From: Candidatus Latescibacterota bacterium
GTDB taxonomy: Bacteria; Latescibacterota; UBA2968
NCBI GenBank assembly: GCA_965204745.1
Contig: OZ242010.1
Location: 2,464,001 to 2,528,000, forward strand
Direction of reading: 5' to 3'
Length of the DNA: 64,000 bases
Shown here: positions 21,232-29,691 of the stretch, one piece after another
How the letters are laid out: each line of letters begins with the position of its first letter
Numbering within the stretch: position 1 is the stretch's first letter
Made by a program: the position numbers and the translations under genes
Notes under the pieces: model-generated
Told to the model about the DNA's origin: nothing
The model's database searches: none
The model's input: the letters and a program-made list of their open reading frames with translations, nothing else

Positions 21232-22683
21232 ATGAAAAATCACTTACTCTCCAAAGCTATTTTGGCAATGGGCGATATATTGATTTTGTTCGGGGGGTTC
21301 TTGCTCGCGTATTACTTGCGCTTCTCCCTGCCCATCTTTCCCCCGCGCCCGATCCCGCCTTTTGACCTCTATTTCAACTTCGCGTTCTTGGTCGCGCTCA
21401 TCGGTTTTTCCATGGTCTATCTTTCCGGCCTGTATCGCATCAAGCATCCCGTATTCAAAATGGAGGATTTTTTTCTTCTCTTGCGCGCTGTCTCCTTGAC
21501 CCTCTTAATCGTAATGGCGATGAGTTTTGCCTTGCGGGGTTACACCACGCGATACGACATCGAGATGTATTCCCGACTGATTATCGTCCTCGCTTGGGGA
21601 GTGGATTTGATCGTCTTGACCCTGTGGCGTTGGGGATTTTTGGCTTTTCAAAGGTATCGTTTGAGATGCGGGAAGGGGATGAAACGGATCGTTATCGTGG
21701 GTGTTGATGAGACCGCACGTAACTTTCATCGCGCTACAAAAAAGATGGATATGTTGGGGTACCAACCCCTTGGGTTTTTAGCCAATGGCGAGTCCAAGGC
21801 CGAACTCGATCACATCTGCAACACCTACCAAGATATTCAGATTTTAGGCAATACTGACGACCTGCCCTCTGTCTTAAAGACCGAGCACATAGATGAGGTC
21901 GTGCTGGCGAGCAAGCAGTTGGACAGCGAGACGATAATATCGACGATTCAGACATGTAAACGCGCAGACATTCAATTCAGCATCATCCCCAATTTTTTTG
22001 AAATTTTAATGCACCAAATGCGCGTTGAGGAAGTCGCTGATATTCCCATCTTTCAACTTGACGAAGGGATATTCCACCGTTCGGGGCGTTTTTTGAAGCG
22101 GGGGCTGGATATCGTCTGCTCCCTACTCGTTCTCACTCTTCTGGCACCGGTTTATCTCATACTCGGCATTTGTATTCGCTTGGATTCCAAGGGGCCCGTG
22201 CTATTTCGCCAGGCACGTATTGGCAAGGGCGAGCGGATATTCCACACGTACAAGTTCAGGTCGATGTGCGTGGATGCCGAGGAGAGACTCCCCCACATTC
22301 TCAAAAAACACGATGTTTCGAATGATGGGTTGTTGAGAATCGCCGATGACCCGCGCGTGACGCGCCTAGGCCGCTTTATGAGACGCTTCAGTCTAGATGA
22401 GTTGCCGCAACTGATCAATGTCTTAAAAGGGGAAATGAGTTGGATCGGGCCACGTCCGCATACGGTAGATGAAGTAAATGGATACGCGGACTGGCATTTT
22501 CGGAGATACGATGTTCTGCCCGGCATCACCGGCTTGACGCAAGTCAGCGGGCGAAAAGACCTATCACTGGACGAAATGGCCCGTCTGGATATTTACTACA
22601 TCGAAAATTGGTCCCCAGTACTGGACTTACAAATTTTGCTCCGAACAATCCCCACAGTGCTCAACGGCCGAGGAGCGTATTGA
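21232..22683 (+). CDS. Priming sugar transferase (undecaprenyl-phosphate sugar phosphotransferase, WcaJ/CpsE-like)
   Basis: 4 TM + CoA-binding-like domain + KRGLDI, YKFRSM, DPRVT, SLDELPQLINVLKGEMSWIGPRP, PGITGLTQV. Confidence 0.92.
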   Translation: MKNHLLSKAILAMGDILILFGGFLLAYYLRFSLPIFPPRPIPPFDLYFNFAFLVALIGFSMVYLSGLYRIKHPVFKMEDFFLLLRAVSLTLLIVMAMSFALRGYTTRYDIEMYSRLIIVLAWGVDLIVLTLWRWGFLAFQRYRLRCGKGMKRIVIVGVDETARNFHRATKKMDMLGYQPLGFLANGESKAELDHICNTYQDIQILGNTDDLPSVLKTEHIDEVVLASKQLDSETIISTIQTCKRADIQFSIIPNFFEILMHQMRVEEVADIPIFQLDEGIFHRSGRFLKRGLDIVCSLLVLTLLAPVYLILGICIRLDSKGPVLFRQARIGKGERIFHTYKFRSMCVDAEERLPHILKKHDVSNDGLLRIADDPRVTRLGRFMRRFSLDELPQLINVLKGEMSWIGPRPHTVDEVNGYADWHFRRYDVLPGITGLTQVSGRKDLSLDEMARLDIYYIENWSPVLDLQILLRTIPTVLNGRGAY

Positions 22684-22815
22684 AAGTGAAGAGGTCAGAG
22701 TGCAGGGGATACGTAGAGGCGATGCGGAGGCGAGGAGGGGAACTGGAGGCGGGGAGCTAATCGCTGAAAATTGATAGCTGAAGATGCAAGGGCGTTATGT
22801 CATAACGCTCTTTTT

Positions 22816-23895
22816 TTATGCCCAAAGCGCGGAGGGTTTGTAGTCGGGAAGAAATTCGGTCAATTTCTGGATGATGTCGTTGCGTTTGGTTTCTTCGGCC
22901 AGTTGTTCGAGTTCTGCAATCGCGGTTTCGAGCACAGCAATGTTGACTTGATCGGGTTGGGCGATAAAAATTTTCTTGTTTTTCGTCATGCAAATGCCTT
23001 CGGTTTGCGTGAGGAGCTCTTCGTGGAGTTTGTCGCCCGGGCGCAGGTCGATAAACTCGAGTTGTATATCCACCCCGGGTTCTTTGCCGGCCAAGCGTAT
23101 CATTTCGATAGCGAGGTCGATAATGGGCAGGGATTTGCCCATGTCGAGAATAAAAATTTCGCCGTTCTTGCCCATAGACCCGCTTTGAATCACCAGGCGG
23201 GCCGCCTCGGGGGTGGTCATAAAATACCGCGTGGCTTTGGGATGCACCGTCACCGGGCCTCCTTCGGCGATTTGCTTTTGGAACAGGGGCACAATTGACC
23301 CGCGCGCGCCGAGCACATTGCCAAAGCGCACCGTGACAAAGATCGCGTCAGACCGCCGAGAAAGCCCGCTGATCTGAAATTCTGAAAGCCGCTTGCCCGC
23401 GCCATAAACGCACACGGGCTTGACGGCTTTGTCCGTGGAGATCATCACAAATCGCCGAACCCCGTATTCGTGCGCGAGTTCCGAAACGATTTTGGTGCCG
23501 ATGATGTTGTTCTTGACGACTTCTTCCGGAAACGCTTCGATGAGTTCCACATGCTTGTGCGCCGCCGTGTGAAAAACAACCGCGGGCCGATGCGCTTCAT
23601 AAACTTGTCGCATGCGATTGGCGTCGCGGATGTCTGCGATGATGGGCAACACATTGACCTTTGGAAAATGCGTGCGGCATTCCAAATGAATGGTGTAAAT
23701 GCTCTGCTCCCCACGCCCGAGGAGCAAGAGGCATTTAGGCTCAAAACGACTGATCTGCCGGCAGAGTTCAGAACCGATAGACCCACCCGCACCGGTCACG
23801 AGAACGGTCTGATCATTCAGATAGGCCGCGATTTCCTTCAGGTCAATGTCGATTTCATCTCTGCCGAGCAGTTGATTCAAATGCAGTTCGGTCAT
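22816..23895 (-). CDS. CapD/PglF-like nucleoside-diphosphate sugar dehydratase (short form without N-terminal membrane part)
   Basis: VTGAGGSIGSEL, AAHKHV, ISTDKAV and VRFGNVLG. Confidence 0.88.
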   Translation of the reverse strand: MTELHLNQLLGRDEIDIDLKEIAAYLNDQTVLVTGAGGSIGSELCRQISRFEPKCLLLLGRGEQSIYTIHLECRTHFPKVNVLPIIADIRDANRMRQVYEAHRPAVVFHTAAHKHVELIEAFPEEVVKNNIIGTKIVSELAHEYGVRRFVMISTDKAVKPVCVYGAGKRLSEFQISGLSRRSDAIFVTVRFGNVLGARGSIVPLFQKQIAEGGPVTVHPKATRYFMTTPEAARLVIQSGSMGKNGEIFILDMGKSLPIIDLAIEMIRLAGKEPGVDIQLEFIDLRPGDKLHEELLTQTEGICMTKNKKIFIAQPDQVNIAVLETAIAELEQLAEETKRNDIIQKLTEFLPDYKPSALWA

Positions 23896-24090
23896 GTTTT
23901 CAGATAGGCCAAAAGTTGTGGAAATGTCGAAACGGGTAAAAAATAAAAAAAAGCCAGAAAAAGACAAGATACGAGAAGTAATACCAACCTGCGTCCCATC
24001 AAGGCATTGGGAATGCCCCACGCCCCACAATTCGCGTCGCGTGCTAAGTCCGCATACCGCACATTAGGACAACAACCATTCAAGTTGGTA

Positions 24091-25041
24091 TTACGCCTTC
24101 GCCTCGAGTTGATCCACCAAGCGGATGGAGTGGATGACGTCGCGCAGGTCGTTATGGGGCACTTGGTCGGTATTGATGCACTCGACAAAATGCCGGTGCA
24201 TGGTCAAGACGCCGTCGTAACTGGCGACATCTTCTTCATCCGCGCCGTCGATCTCCCATCCCCCCAAAGTACGCACTTGGTTGTTTTCGTGAATCTCGAT
24301 CTCCTGCGGGATTTTCATATAACACCCGATACCCACCCCGTGCAATTCAGCGCGCAACACGCGACCGCCGGAGGCGCGATTGCCAAAGATGGCGCCGGTG
24401 GCACCGTTCTCAAACCGGATGAGGGCCGTGTAATTGTTGTAGCTTTCGCTACCGAATTTGTCCTGATAGGCGGTGACGTCAACCGGTTCGCTCCCGGCCA
24501 TATAGCGCGTGAGATCGACGATATGGCAAACGTCGTTCCACAAGGTGGAGGTAAATTCCTTGCCGTCGCCGCCGAGCATCTGCTTGTTGAACGTGGTGAC
24601 GATAGATGAGACCGGGCCTTTTTCCGAGACGAGGCGCGTGGCTTCGCGCGTGACCGCTGTGTATCGGCGTTGAAAGCCGACCATCGCAAAGACATTGTTG
24701 CCCACGGCCGCTTCGAGCAACTGCTCGGTTTCTTCCAGATTCGCGCCTGGGGGCTTCTCGATGAAAATGTGTTTCCCCGCGTTCATGCAGTCGAGGGCGG
24801 TTTGCAAGATCCATTTCTCGTTCATCACGCAATAGATGACGTCGAGGTCCGCTTTGTCGAGCATCTGGCGGTGGTCCGCGTAGGTCTGCGGAAATTCGTA
24901 CTTTTTCGCCACTTGATTCAGGCGTTCCTCGTCGAGTTCGCAAACCGCGCTCATTTCGACCTCGCGCTCCAAGCGATGCACGCTCGGATAATGCGCCCCC
25001 TGACTGCGATGCCCCGCGCCGATAAAGCCTGCTTTTAACAT
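24091..25041 (-). CDS. Gfo/Idh/MocA family oxidoreductase
   Basis: GFIGAG, EKP and GFQRRY; RBS GGAGGAG upstream of the ATG at 25041. Confidence 0.88.
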   Translation of the reverse strand: MLKAGFIGAGHRSQGAHYPSVHRLEREVEMSAVCELDEERLNQVAKKYEFPQTYADHRQMLDKADLDVIYCVMNEKWILQTALDCMNAGKHIFIEKPPGANLEETEQLLEAAVGNNVFAMVGFQRRYTAVTREATRLVSEKGPVSSIVTTFNKQMLGGDGKEFTSTLWNDVCHIVDLTRYMAGSEPVDVTAYQDKFGSESYNNYTALIRFENGATGAIFGNRASGGRVLRAELHGVGIGCYMKIPQEIEIHENNQVRTLGGWEIDGADEEDVASYDGVLTMHRHFVECINTDQVPHNDLRDVIHSIRLVDQLEAKA

Positions 25042-25236
25042 GGGAACTCCTCCAAAGATGTAATAAAAAACGGACGACTGACCGCTATTCATACTTGCTA
25101 CAAACCGCAATGTCAAGTTGATTGTTGCGCGGGTGCAAAATTATTTTGTTCTAGTGCTCCGTTGGCGTTATCATTCCCACTGACAGCATGACAAACTCGG
25201 CGCGTTGTACAACGCATTCACAACAGGAGGTACACC

Positions 25237-26328
25237 ATGAAAGCCGCTGTTTTGCACGCAGCCCATCAGCCGATCCGCGTGGAAGAGGTCGAGATTGCGG
25301 CCCCCATCGGGCGCGAGGTCTTGGTTCGCACGGTTGCGGCGGGGGTTTGCCACAGCGATGTCCACTTTAGGGAAGGGCTTCACACCTGCGCCATGCCCGC
25401 GGTGATGGGCCACGAGTCCGCAGGGATTGTAGAGGCCGTTGGCGCGGACGTGACATACGCAAAACCCGGCGACCATGTGATTACGTGCTTGTCGGTTTTT
25501 TGCGGGCATTGCCGGTACTGCACCACCGGGCGTCCCAATCTGTGCGAAGACCGGGAATCCACGCAGCGCAAAGAGATGGACAGGCCGCGCTTGTCCCAAG
25601 ACGGTCGGGAATTGTTTCAGTTTGCAAACCTCGCCTCGTACGCAGAACAGTTGCTGGTGCATGAGAACGCGGTCTGCAAAGTGCGCGAGGACATGCCGCT
25701 GGACAAGGCCGCGCTGATCGGATGCGGCGTGACCACCGGGATGGGCGCCGCGCTCAACACGGCAAAGGTCGAGCCGGGCAGTACAGTGGCGGTCGTCGGA
25801 TGCGGCGGCATTGGCTTGAGCGCGGTTCAAGGCGCGCGCATCGGGGGCGCGGGGCGCATCATCGCCGTGGATGCAGTGTCTTCCAAATTGCAACTGGCCA
25901 AGGAATTAGGCGCGACCGATCTCGTCAATGCGAATGACGGGGATGCGGTCGAGCAAATTATGGATCTGACCGGCGGCAATGGGGTGGCGTATTCGTTCGA
26001 GGCGGTGGGCTTGAAGCGAACCGCAGAGCAGTGCTTTGAGATGCTCGAAAGGGGCGGCACGGCCACGGTAATCGGCATGATTCCCGAGGGCGTTAAAATC
26101 GAACTGACCGGGCACGACTTGCTGGGCGAGCGCAAAATTCAGGGGTCGAGCATGGGATCCAATCGCTTTCGCGTGGATATGCCCCGGTACGTGGACATGT
26201 ATTTGATGGGCAATCTCAAGTTGGATGAGATGATTTCCCACGCGATAGCCTTAGACGATATCGACGATGCGTTCAATGCCTTGCTCGAGGGCGAAGTCGC
26301 GCGGCAGGTCATTCACTTCGACGTGTGA
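25237..26328 (+). CDS. Zn-dependent alcohol dehydrogenase (class III-like)
   Basis: GVCHSD, GHESAG, CGHCRYC..C and GCGGIG; RBS AGGAGG. Confidence 0.92.
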   Translation: MKAAVLHAAHQPIRVEEVEIAAPIGREVLVRTVAAGVCHSDVHFREGLHTCAMPAVMGHESAGIVEAVGADVTYAKPGDHVITCLSVFCGHCRYCTTGRPNLCEDRESTQRKEMDRPRLSQDGRELFQFANLASYAEQLLVHENAVCKVREDMPLDKAALIGCGVTTGMGAALNTAKVEPGSTVAVVGCGGIGLSAVQGARIGGAGRIIAVDAVSSKLQLAKELGATDLVNANDGDAVEQIMDLTGGNGVAYSFEAVGLKRTAEQCFEMLERGGTATVIGMIPEGVKIELTGHDLLGERKIQGSSMGSNRFRVDMPRYVDMYLMGNLKLDEMISHAIALDDIDDAFNALLEGEVARQVIHFDV

Positions 26329-26340
26329 AAGGAAGAGAAC

Positions 26341-27228
26341 ATGGCGCGTGTTGGGCTGATCGGCGTGGGGGATATGGGCAGTGGCATGGCGGCGAATATT
26401 TTGAAAAACGGACACGATCTCGTCCTCTGCGATTTGCGGCCCGAACAACTGGCCCCGTTTGTCGCACGAGGCGCGCGGGCCGCAGAAACCCCGGCCCAAG
26501 TGGGCGACCAGGCGGACTTTGTGTTCGTCATGGTCATGAATGGCGCGCAGATCGCGGCGATCTTGAAGGGCGGTTTGTTGGACAGCTTGAAACCGGGATC
26601 GACGTTTATCTGCACATCGACCATCCTGCGCTCCGAACTCATCGAAGTCGCGCAGTGGCTAGAGGACAAGGGCATCAACGTCGTCGATGCACCCGTCAGC
26701 GGTGGCGCGCCCGGTGCTACGGCCGGCACCTTGACGATGATGGTGGCCGCACAGCGAGAGGTCTTTGACCGCACCAAAGAAGTGCTCCAATCGGTCGGCG
26801 AACACATTTACCACGTCGGCGAAGAAATCGGCACCGGGCAAACCGTGAAAGCGTGTCTGGCCGTTTTGACCGGGGTGACGTACGCGGGCATCTTCGAGAC
26901 CCTGGCCCTCGGCGTCAAAGCGGGCGTGAAACCCGAAACCCTGTGCGAGGTGATCGATACGAGTGTGGTGGGCAGCTTTTTGTTTCGAGACACCGCGCAA
27001 AATATTCTGGAACGGAAGTTTGTGGGCCAAAGCCGCATCGGCACGATGTACAAAGACTTGGGCATCGCCAAGGCACTGGGCCGCGAGTGCGGCGTCCCCC
27101 TGTTCACCCTGTCCTCGGCTGCGGAATGGTTCCAAGCCGGCATCAGCGTCAATCCCGACGAATCGAACTGGGCGATCATCAAAATTTTCGAAGATATGCT
27201 CGGGATTGAGGTGAAGGGAAAGACGTAA
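26341..27228 (+). CDS. NAD(P)-dependent beta-hydroxyacid dehydrogenase (3-hydroxyisobutyrate/L-threonate dehydrogenase family)
   Basis: GVGDMGSGMA, DAPVSGG, catalytic K in GQTVK, KDLG. Confidence 0.88.
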   Translation: MARVGLIGVGDMGSGMAANILKNGHDLVLCDLRPEQLAPFVARGARAAETPAQVGDQADFVFVMVMNGAQIAAILKGGLLDSLKPGSTFICTSTILRSELIEVAQWLEDKGINVVDAPVSGGAPGATAGTLTMMVAAQREVFDRTKEVLQSVGEHIYHVGEEIGTGQTVKACLAVLTGVTYAGIFETLALGVKAGVKPETLCEVIDTSVVGSFLFRDTAQNILERKFVGQSRIGTMYKDLGIAKALGRECGVPLFTLSSAAEWFQAGISVNPDESNWAIIKIFEDMLGIEVKGKT

Positions 27229-27312
27229 GACGGGAGGCGGGAGGCGGGAGACGGGAGACGTAAGACGGGAGACGTGAGACGTAAGACGTGAGACGTGAGA
27301 CGTAAGATGGGA
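27222..27312. repeat. Degenerate heptamer tandem array (GACGTAA/GACGTGA/GACGGGA/GGCGGGA), 13 units
   Basis: Read directly; a short reverse-complement array lies at 27505-27532. Confidence 0.9.
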
Positions 27313-27321
27313 TTTTAGCCA

Positions 27322-27355
27322 CGAGCGGGGTACAACTGGCGATAGCCCGTTCAAA
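27322..27355 (+). repeat. Short dispersed hairpin element, copy 1 (CGAGCGGGGTAC-hairpin-CAAA)
   Basis: Also present at 42063-42097 (+) and 42456-42487 (-). Confidence 0.8.
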
Positions 27356-27392
27356 GGCACAAAAGGGGTACACTCAAAGGCGAGCGATATGT

Positions 27393-27468
27393 GTAGGGGC
27401 GATGCCTCCGTGCTCGCTCAAAGATACAAGACGAAGAGGGATTGGGCGGAAAGGGGGCCTGTCCCTAC
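27393..27468. repeat. GTAG-type REP-like doublet (GTAGGGGCG ... GTCCCTAC)
   Basis: Inverted GTAGGG/CCCTAC ends; the left half recurs at 47002-47034. Confidence 0.65.
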
Positions 27469-27557
27469 GATTCATCCCTCGCATTTTGGGGTAGTCGGGT
27501 GGCCCTCTCACCTCTCCCGTCTTACTTCTTACCCCCGGGCCGGGCGGCTGGGTGGAG

Positions 27558-27580
27558 ACTGACAACTGACAACTGACAAC
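27558..27580. repeat. (ACTGACA)n heptamer array, left part
   Basis: 3 units + AC; continues right of the IS. Confidence 0.9.
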
Positions 27581-28765
27581 GGCGTTGTTGCATAAATAGC
27601 AATTTCCTGCAAGTTGGGATTGCAAAAAGACAGGCTCCTTCGTAGATTGGGCATATAGATCACCAAAACAACTCACCCTTTCTCACCAGGAACCTGTCAT
27701 GCCCAAGATAACCGCTTCCAAACCCGCCGTCAAGTCCCCGCGTCGCCCGCGTCGCCCGCGCTGTGCGCCTGTCTATCGGGTTAGGAACTGGGCGGCCTAC
27801 GAGGCCGGTCTCAAGCAGCGGGGCAGTCTGACGTTTTGGATCACGCCGCAAGCCCTTCGGAACTGGTACCATCAAGGGCCAACGCAACGGGGGCGGCAAA
27901 ACACCTTTTCAGATTTGGCTATTCAAACGGCATTGATGGTGCGCTTGGTCTATGCCTTGCCCCTGCGTCAAACCGAGGGGTTTCTCAAGTCCATCCTGGC
28001 ATTGATGGGGGTGGATTTGCGTGTGCCCGATCACACGACCCTCTGCCGGCGACAGGGCGATTTGAACGTGGATTTACCTGTCCAATCCCGTCACGAGCCG
28101 ATCCACTTGGTGGTGGATTCTACCGGCCTGAAAGTGTATGGCGAAGGCGAATGGAAGGTGCGTCAACACGGCTTTTGCAAGCGCCGGACTTGGCGCAAAT
28201 TGCACATCGGCGTCGATGAGGCCACCGGGGAGATTGTCGCACAGACCCTGACCTCGGCAAGCGTTGATGACGCTTCGCAGGTCAACCCCTTGCTCGATCA
28301 AGTCCCGGCCCCTGTCCATACGCTGGGCGCCGATGGCGGCTATGACAAACGCAAGGTCTTCAACACATGCGCCGCCCCCAAACAAGGAGCCCCCATCCGA
28401 CCTCTGATTCCCCCGCGCCATGATGCCAAAATTGAACAACACGGAAACAGGAAGGCACCCCCCCTCGCCCGCGATGAAATCATCCGAGCCATCCGGCGTC
28501 AAGGCCGCCGACAGTGGAAACGCACCAGTGGCTATCATCGTCGCTCGGTCGTTGAAACCCACATAGGCCGCTACAAACAACTCATTGGGCGGCAGTTGCG
28601 CGCACGAAAAAAGAAGAACCAAGAAACGGAAGCACGGTTGGGATGTGCGGTGCTCAATCGCATGATGAGGATCGCGAAACCCGTGTCCTATCCCATAGAA
28701 AGAAGGGCTTAAATTTCGCGGGAAAGGGACGAACTTAGCCACGACAACATTTATGCAACAACGCC
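27581..28765 (+). mobile_element. IS5-family (IS903 group) insertion sequence, 1185 bp
   Basis: Perfect 17-bp TIRs GGCGTTGTTGCATAAAT (27581-27597; reverse complement 28749-28765) and 9-bp TSD ACTGACAAC (27572-27580 and 28766-28774). Confidence 0.95.
27699..28712 (+). CDS. IS5-family DDE transposase
   Basis: NWAAYEAGLKQRGSLTFW, LRQTEGF, VDSTGLKVYGEGEW, RRTWRKLH, ADGGYD and SGYHRRSVVET. Confidence 0.95.
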   Translation: MPKITASKPAVKSPRRPRRPRCAPVYRVRNWAAYEAGLKQRGSLTFWITPQALRNWYHQGPTQRGRQNTFSDLAIQTALMVRLVYALPLRQTEGFLKSILALMGVDLRVPDHTTLCRRQGDLNVDLPVQSRHEPIHLVVDSTGLKVYGEGEWKVRQHGFCKRRTWRKLHIGVDEATGEIVAQTLTSASVDDASQVNPLLDQVPAPVHTLGADGGYDKRKVFNTCAAPKQGAPIRPLIPPRHDAKIEQHGNRKAPPLARDEIIRAIRRQGRRQWKRTSGYHRRSVVETHIGRYKQLIGRQLRARKKKNQETEARLGCAVLNRMMRIAKPVSYPIERRA

Positions 28766-28818
28766 ACTGACAACTGACAACTGACAACTGACAACTGACA
28801 ACTGACAACTGACAACTG
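28766..28818. repeat. (ACTGACA)n heptamer array, right part
   Basis: 7 perfect units + ACTG, ending 4 bp before the next start codon. Confidence 0.92.
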
Positions 28819-28822
28819 CCTT

Positions 28823-29686
28823 ATGAAACTCGGCGTAATCACAGATGGCATCAGCAGGGATTTGGAACGCGCATTGGACGTCATGGCGGAATGCGGGTTG
28901 CGATATCCCGAACTCCAATTCGTTTGGGATCGCGAGGTGGGCGATCACGACGCCGCGCAGGTCGCGCGCATGAAGGCGTTGGTGGATCAGCGCGATATGG
29001 CGGTCTCCTGCATCTCGCGGCACAATTTCGCCGGCCTGCCCGTGTTGCAAACCGACGTGGAAGACGCGGCGTTTGAAGACCACGTGGCCGGCTTGCGGCG
29101 GTGCATTGGCCTCGCCAAAACCCTGGGCGTGGATCTGGTCAGGATTATGAGTTGCAGGAAGGAGATGATCCTGTTTGGATATAACGGCGCCGAGGAGTGG
29201 ATTGTGACGTCCGGCGCGTGGGACAAGCTGGTGCGGCTGATGGCCGTGCCCGTGCAAATCGCCGAGGAGGAAGGCGTGACCCTGGTCCTTGAAACCGGGA
29301 ACAACGCCATGATCACGTCGGGGTTTCTCGGCCGCGAGTTGATCGACGAATTGGGCAGCGACCATCTCAAGTTGCTGTGGGATTTTCCCAATGCGATGTA
29401 TTGTGCGGATGTGCCGTTCCCGGATGCGTACGATGAGATTCGGGATTGCATCGGCCATATCCACGTCAAAGATGCAAAGATTCAGATCGCCCGTGCGACC
29501 GTCGGGTTCTGCCCCTTGGGCGAGGGCGATGTCGCGCCGTATTTGGAGCCGATAGCAAACGCGCTGCGCCGCGATGGGTACGCCGGGGCCATTTCCTACG
29601 AGAGCGTGTACCGGCCCACGGGCGGCACGTACGAAGATGGGTTTTGGGCGAGTGTGGCGACATTCAAAGCCATTTTTGGCGACTAG
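28823..29686 (+). CDS. Sugar phosphate isomerase/epimerase (xylose-isomerase-like TIM barrel)
   Basis: LVLET, WDFPN, HIHVKD, GEGDV and ISYE motifs. Confidence 0.85.
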   Translation: MKLGVITDGISRDLERALDVMAECGLRYPELQFVWDREVGDHDAAQVARMKALVDQRDMAVSCISRHNFAGLPVLQTDVEDAAFEDHVAGLRRCIGLAKTLGVDLVRIMSCRKEMILFGYNGAEEWIVTSGAWDKLVRLMAVPVQIAEEEGVTLVLETGNNAMITSGFLGRELIDELGSDHLKLLWDFPNAMYCADVPFPDAYDEIRDCIGHIHVKDAKIQIARATVGFCPLGEGDVAPYLEPIANALRRDGYAGAISYESVYRPTGGTYEDGFWASVATFKAIFGD

Positions 29687-29691
29687 GAGCG

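Noticed and set aside
26659-27676. Minus-strand ORFs with SRLTSHV / VSCQLS repeats (also 28074-28808)
   Set aside because: They are translations of the heptamer arrays and antisense to real genes
29446-29691. Longer N-terminal extensions given by the ORF track (also for fusA, rplB, rpsS, rplL, wzz-like)
   Set aside because: They overlap upstream genes; downstream starts have RBSs and match family N-termini
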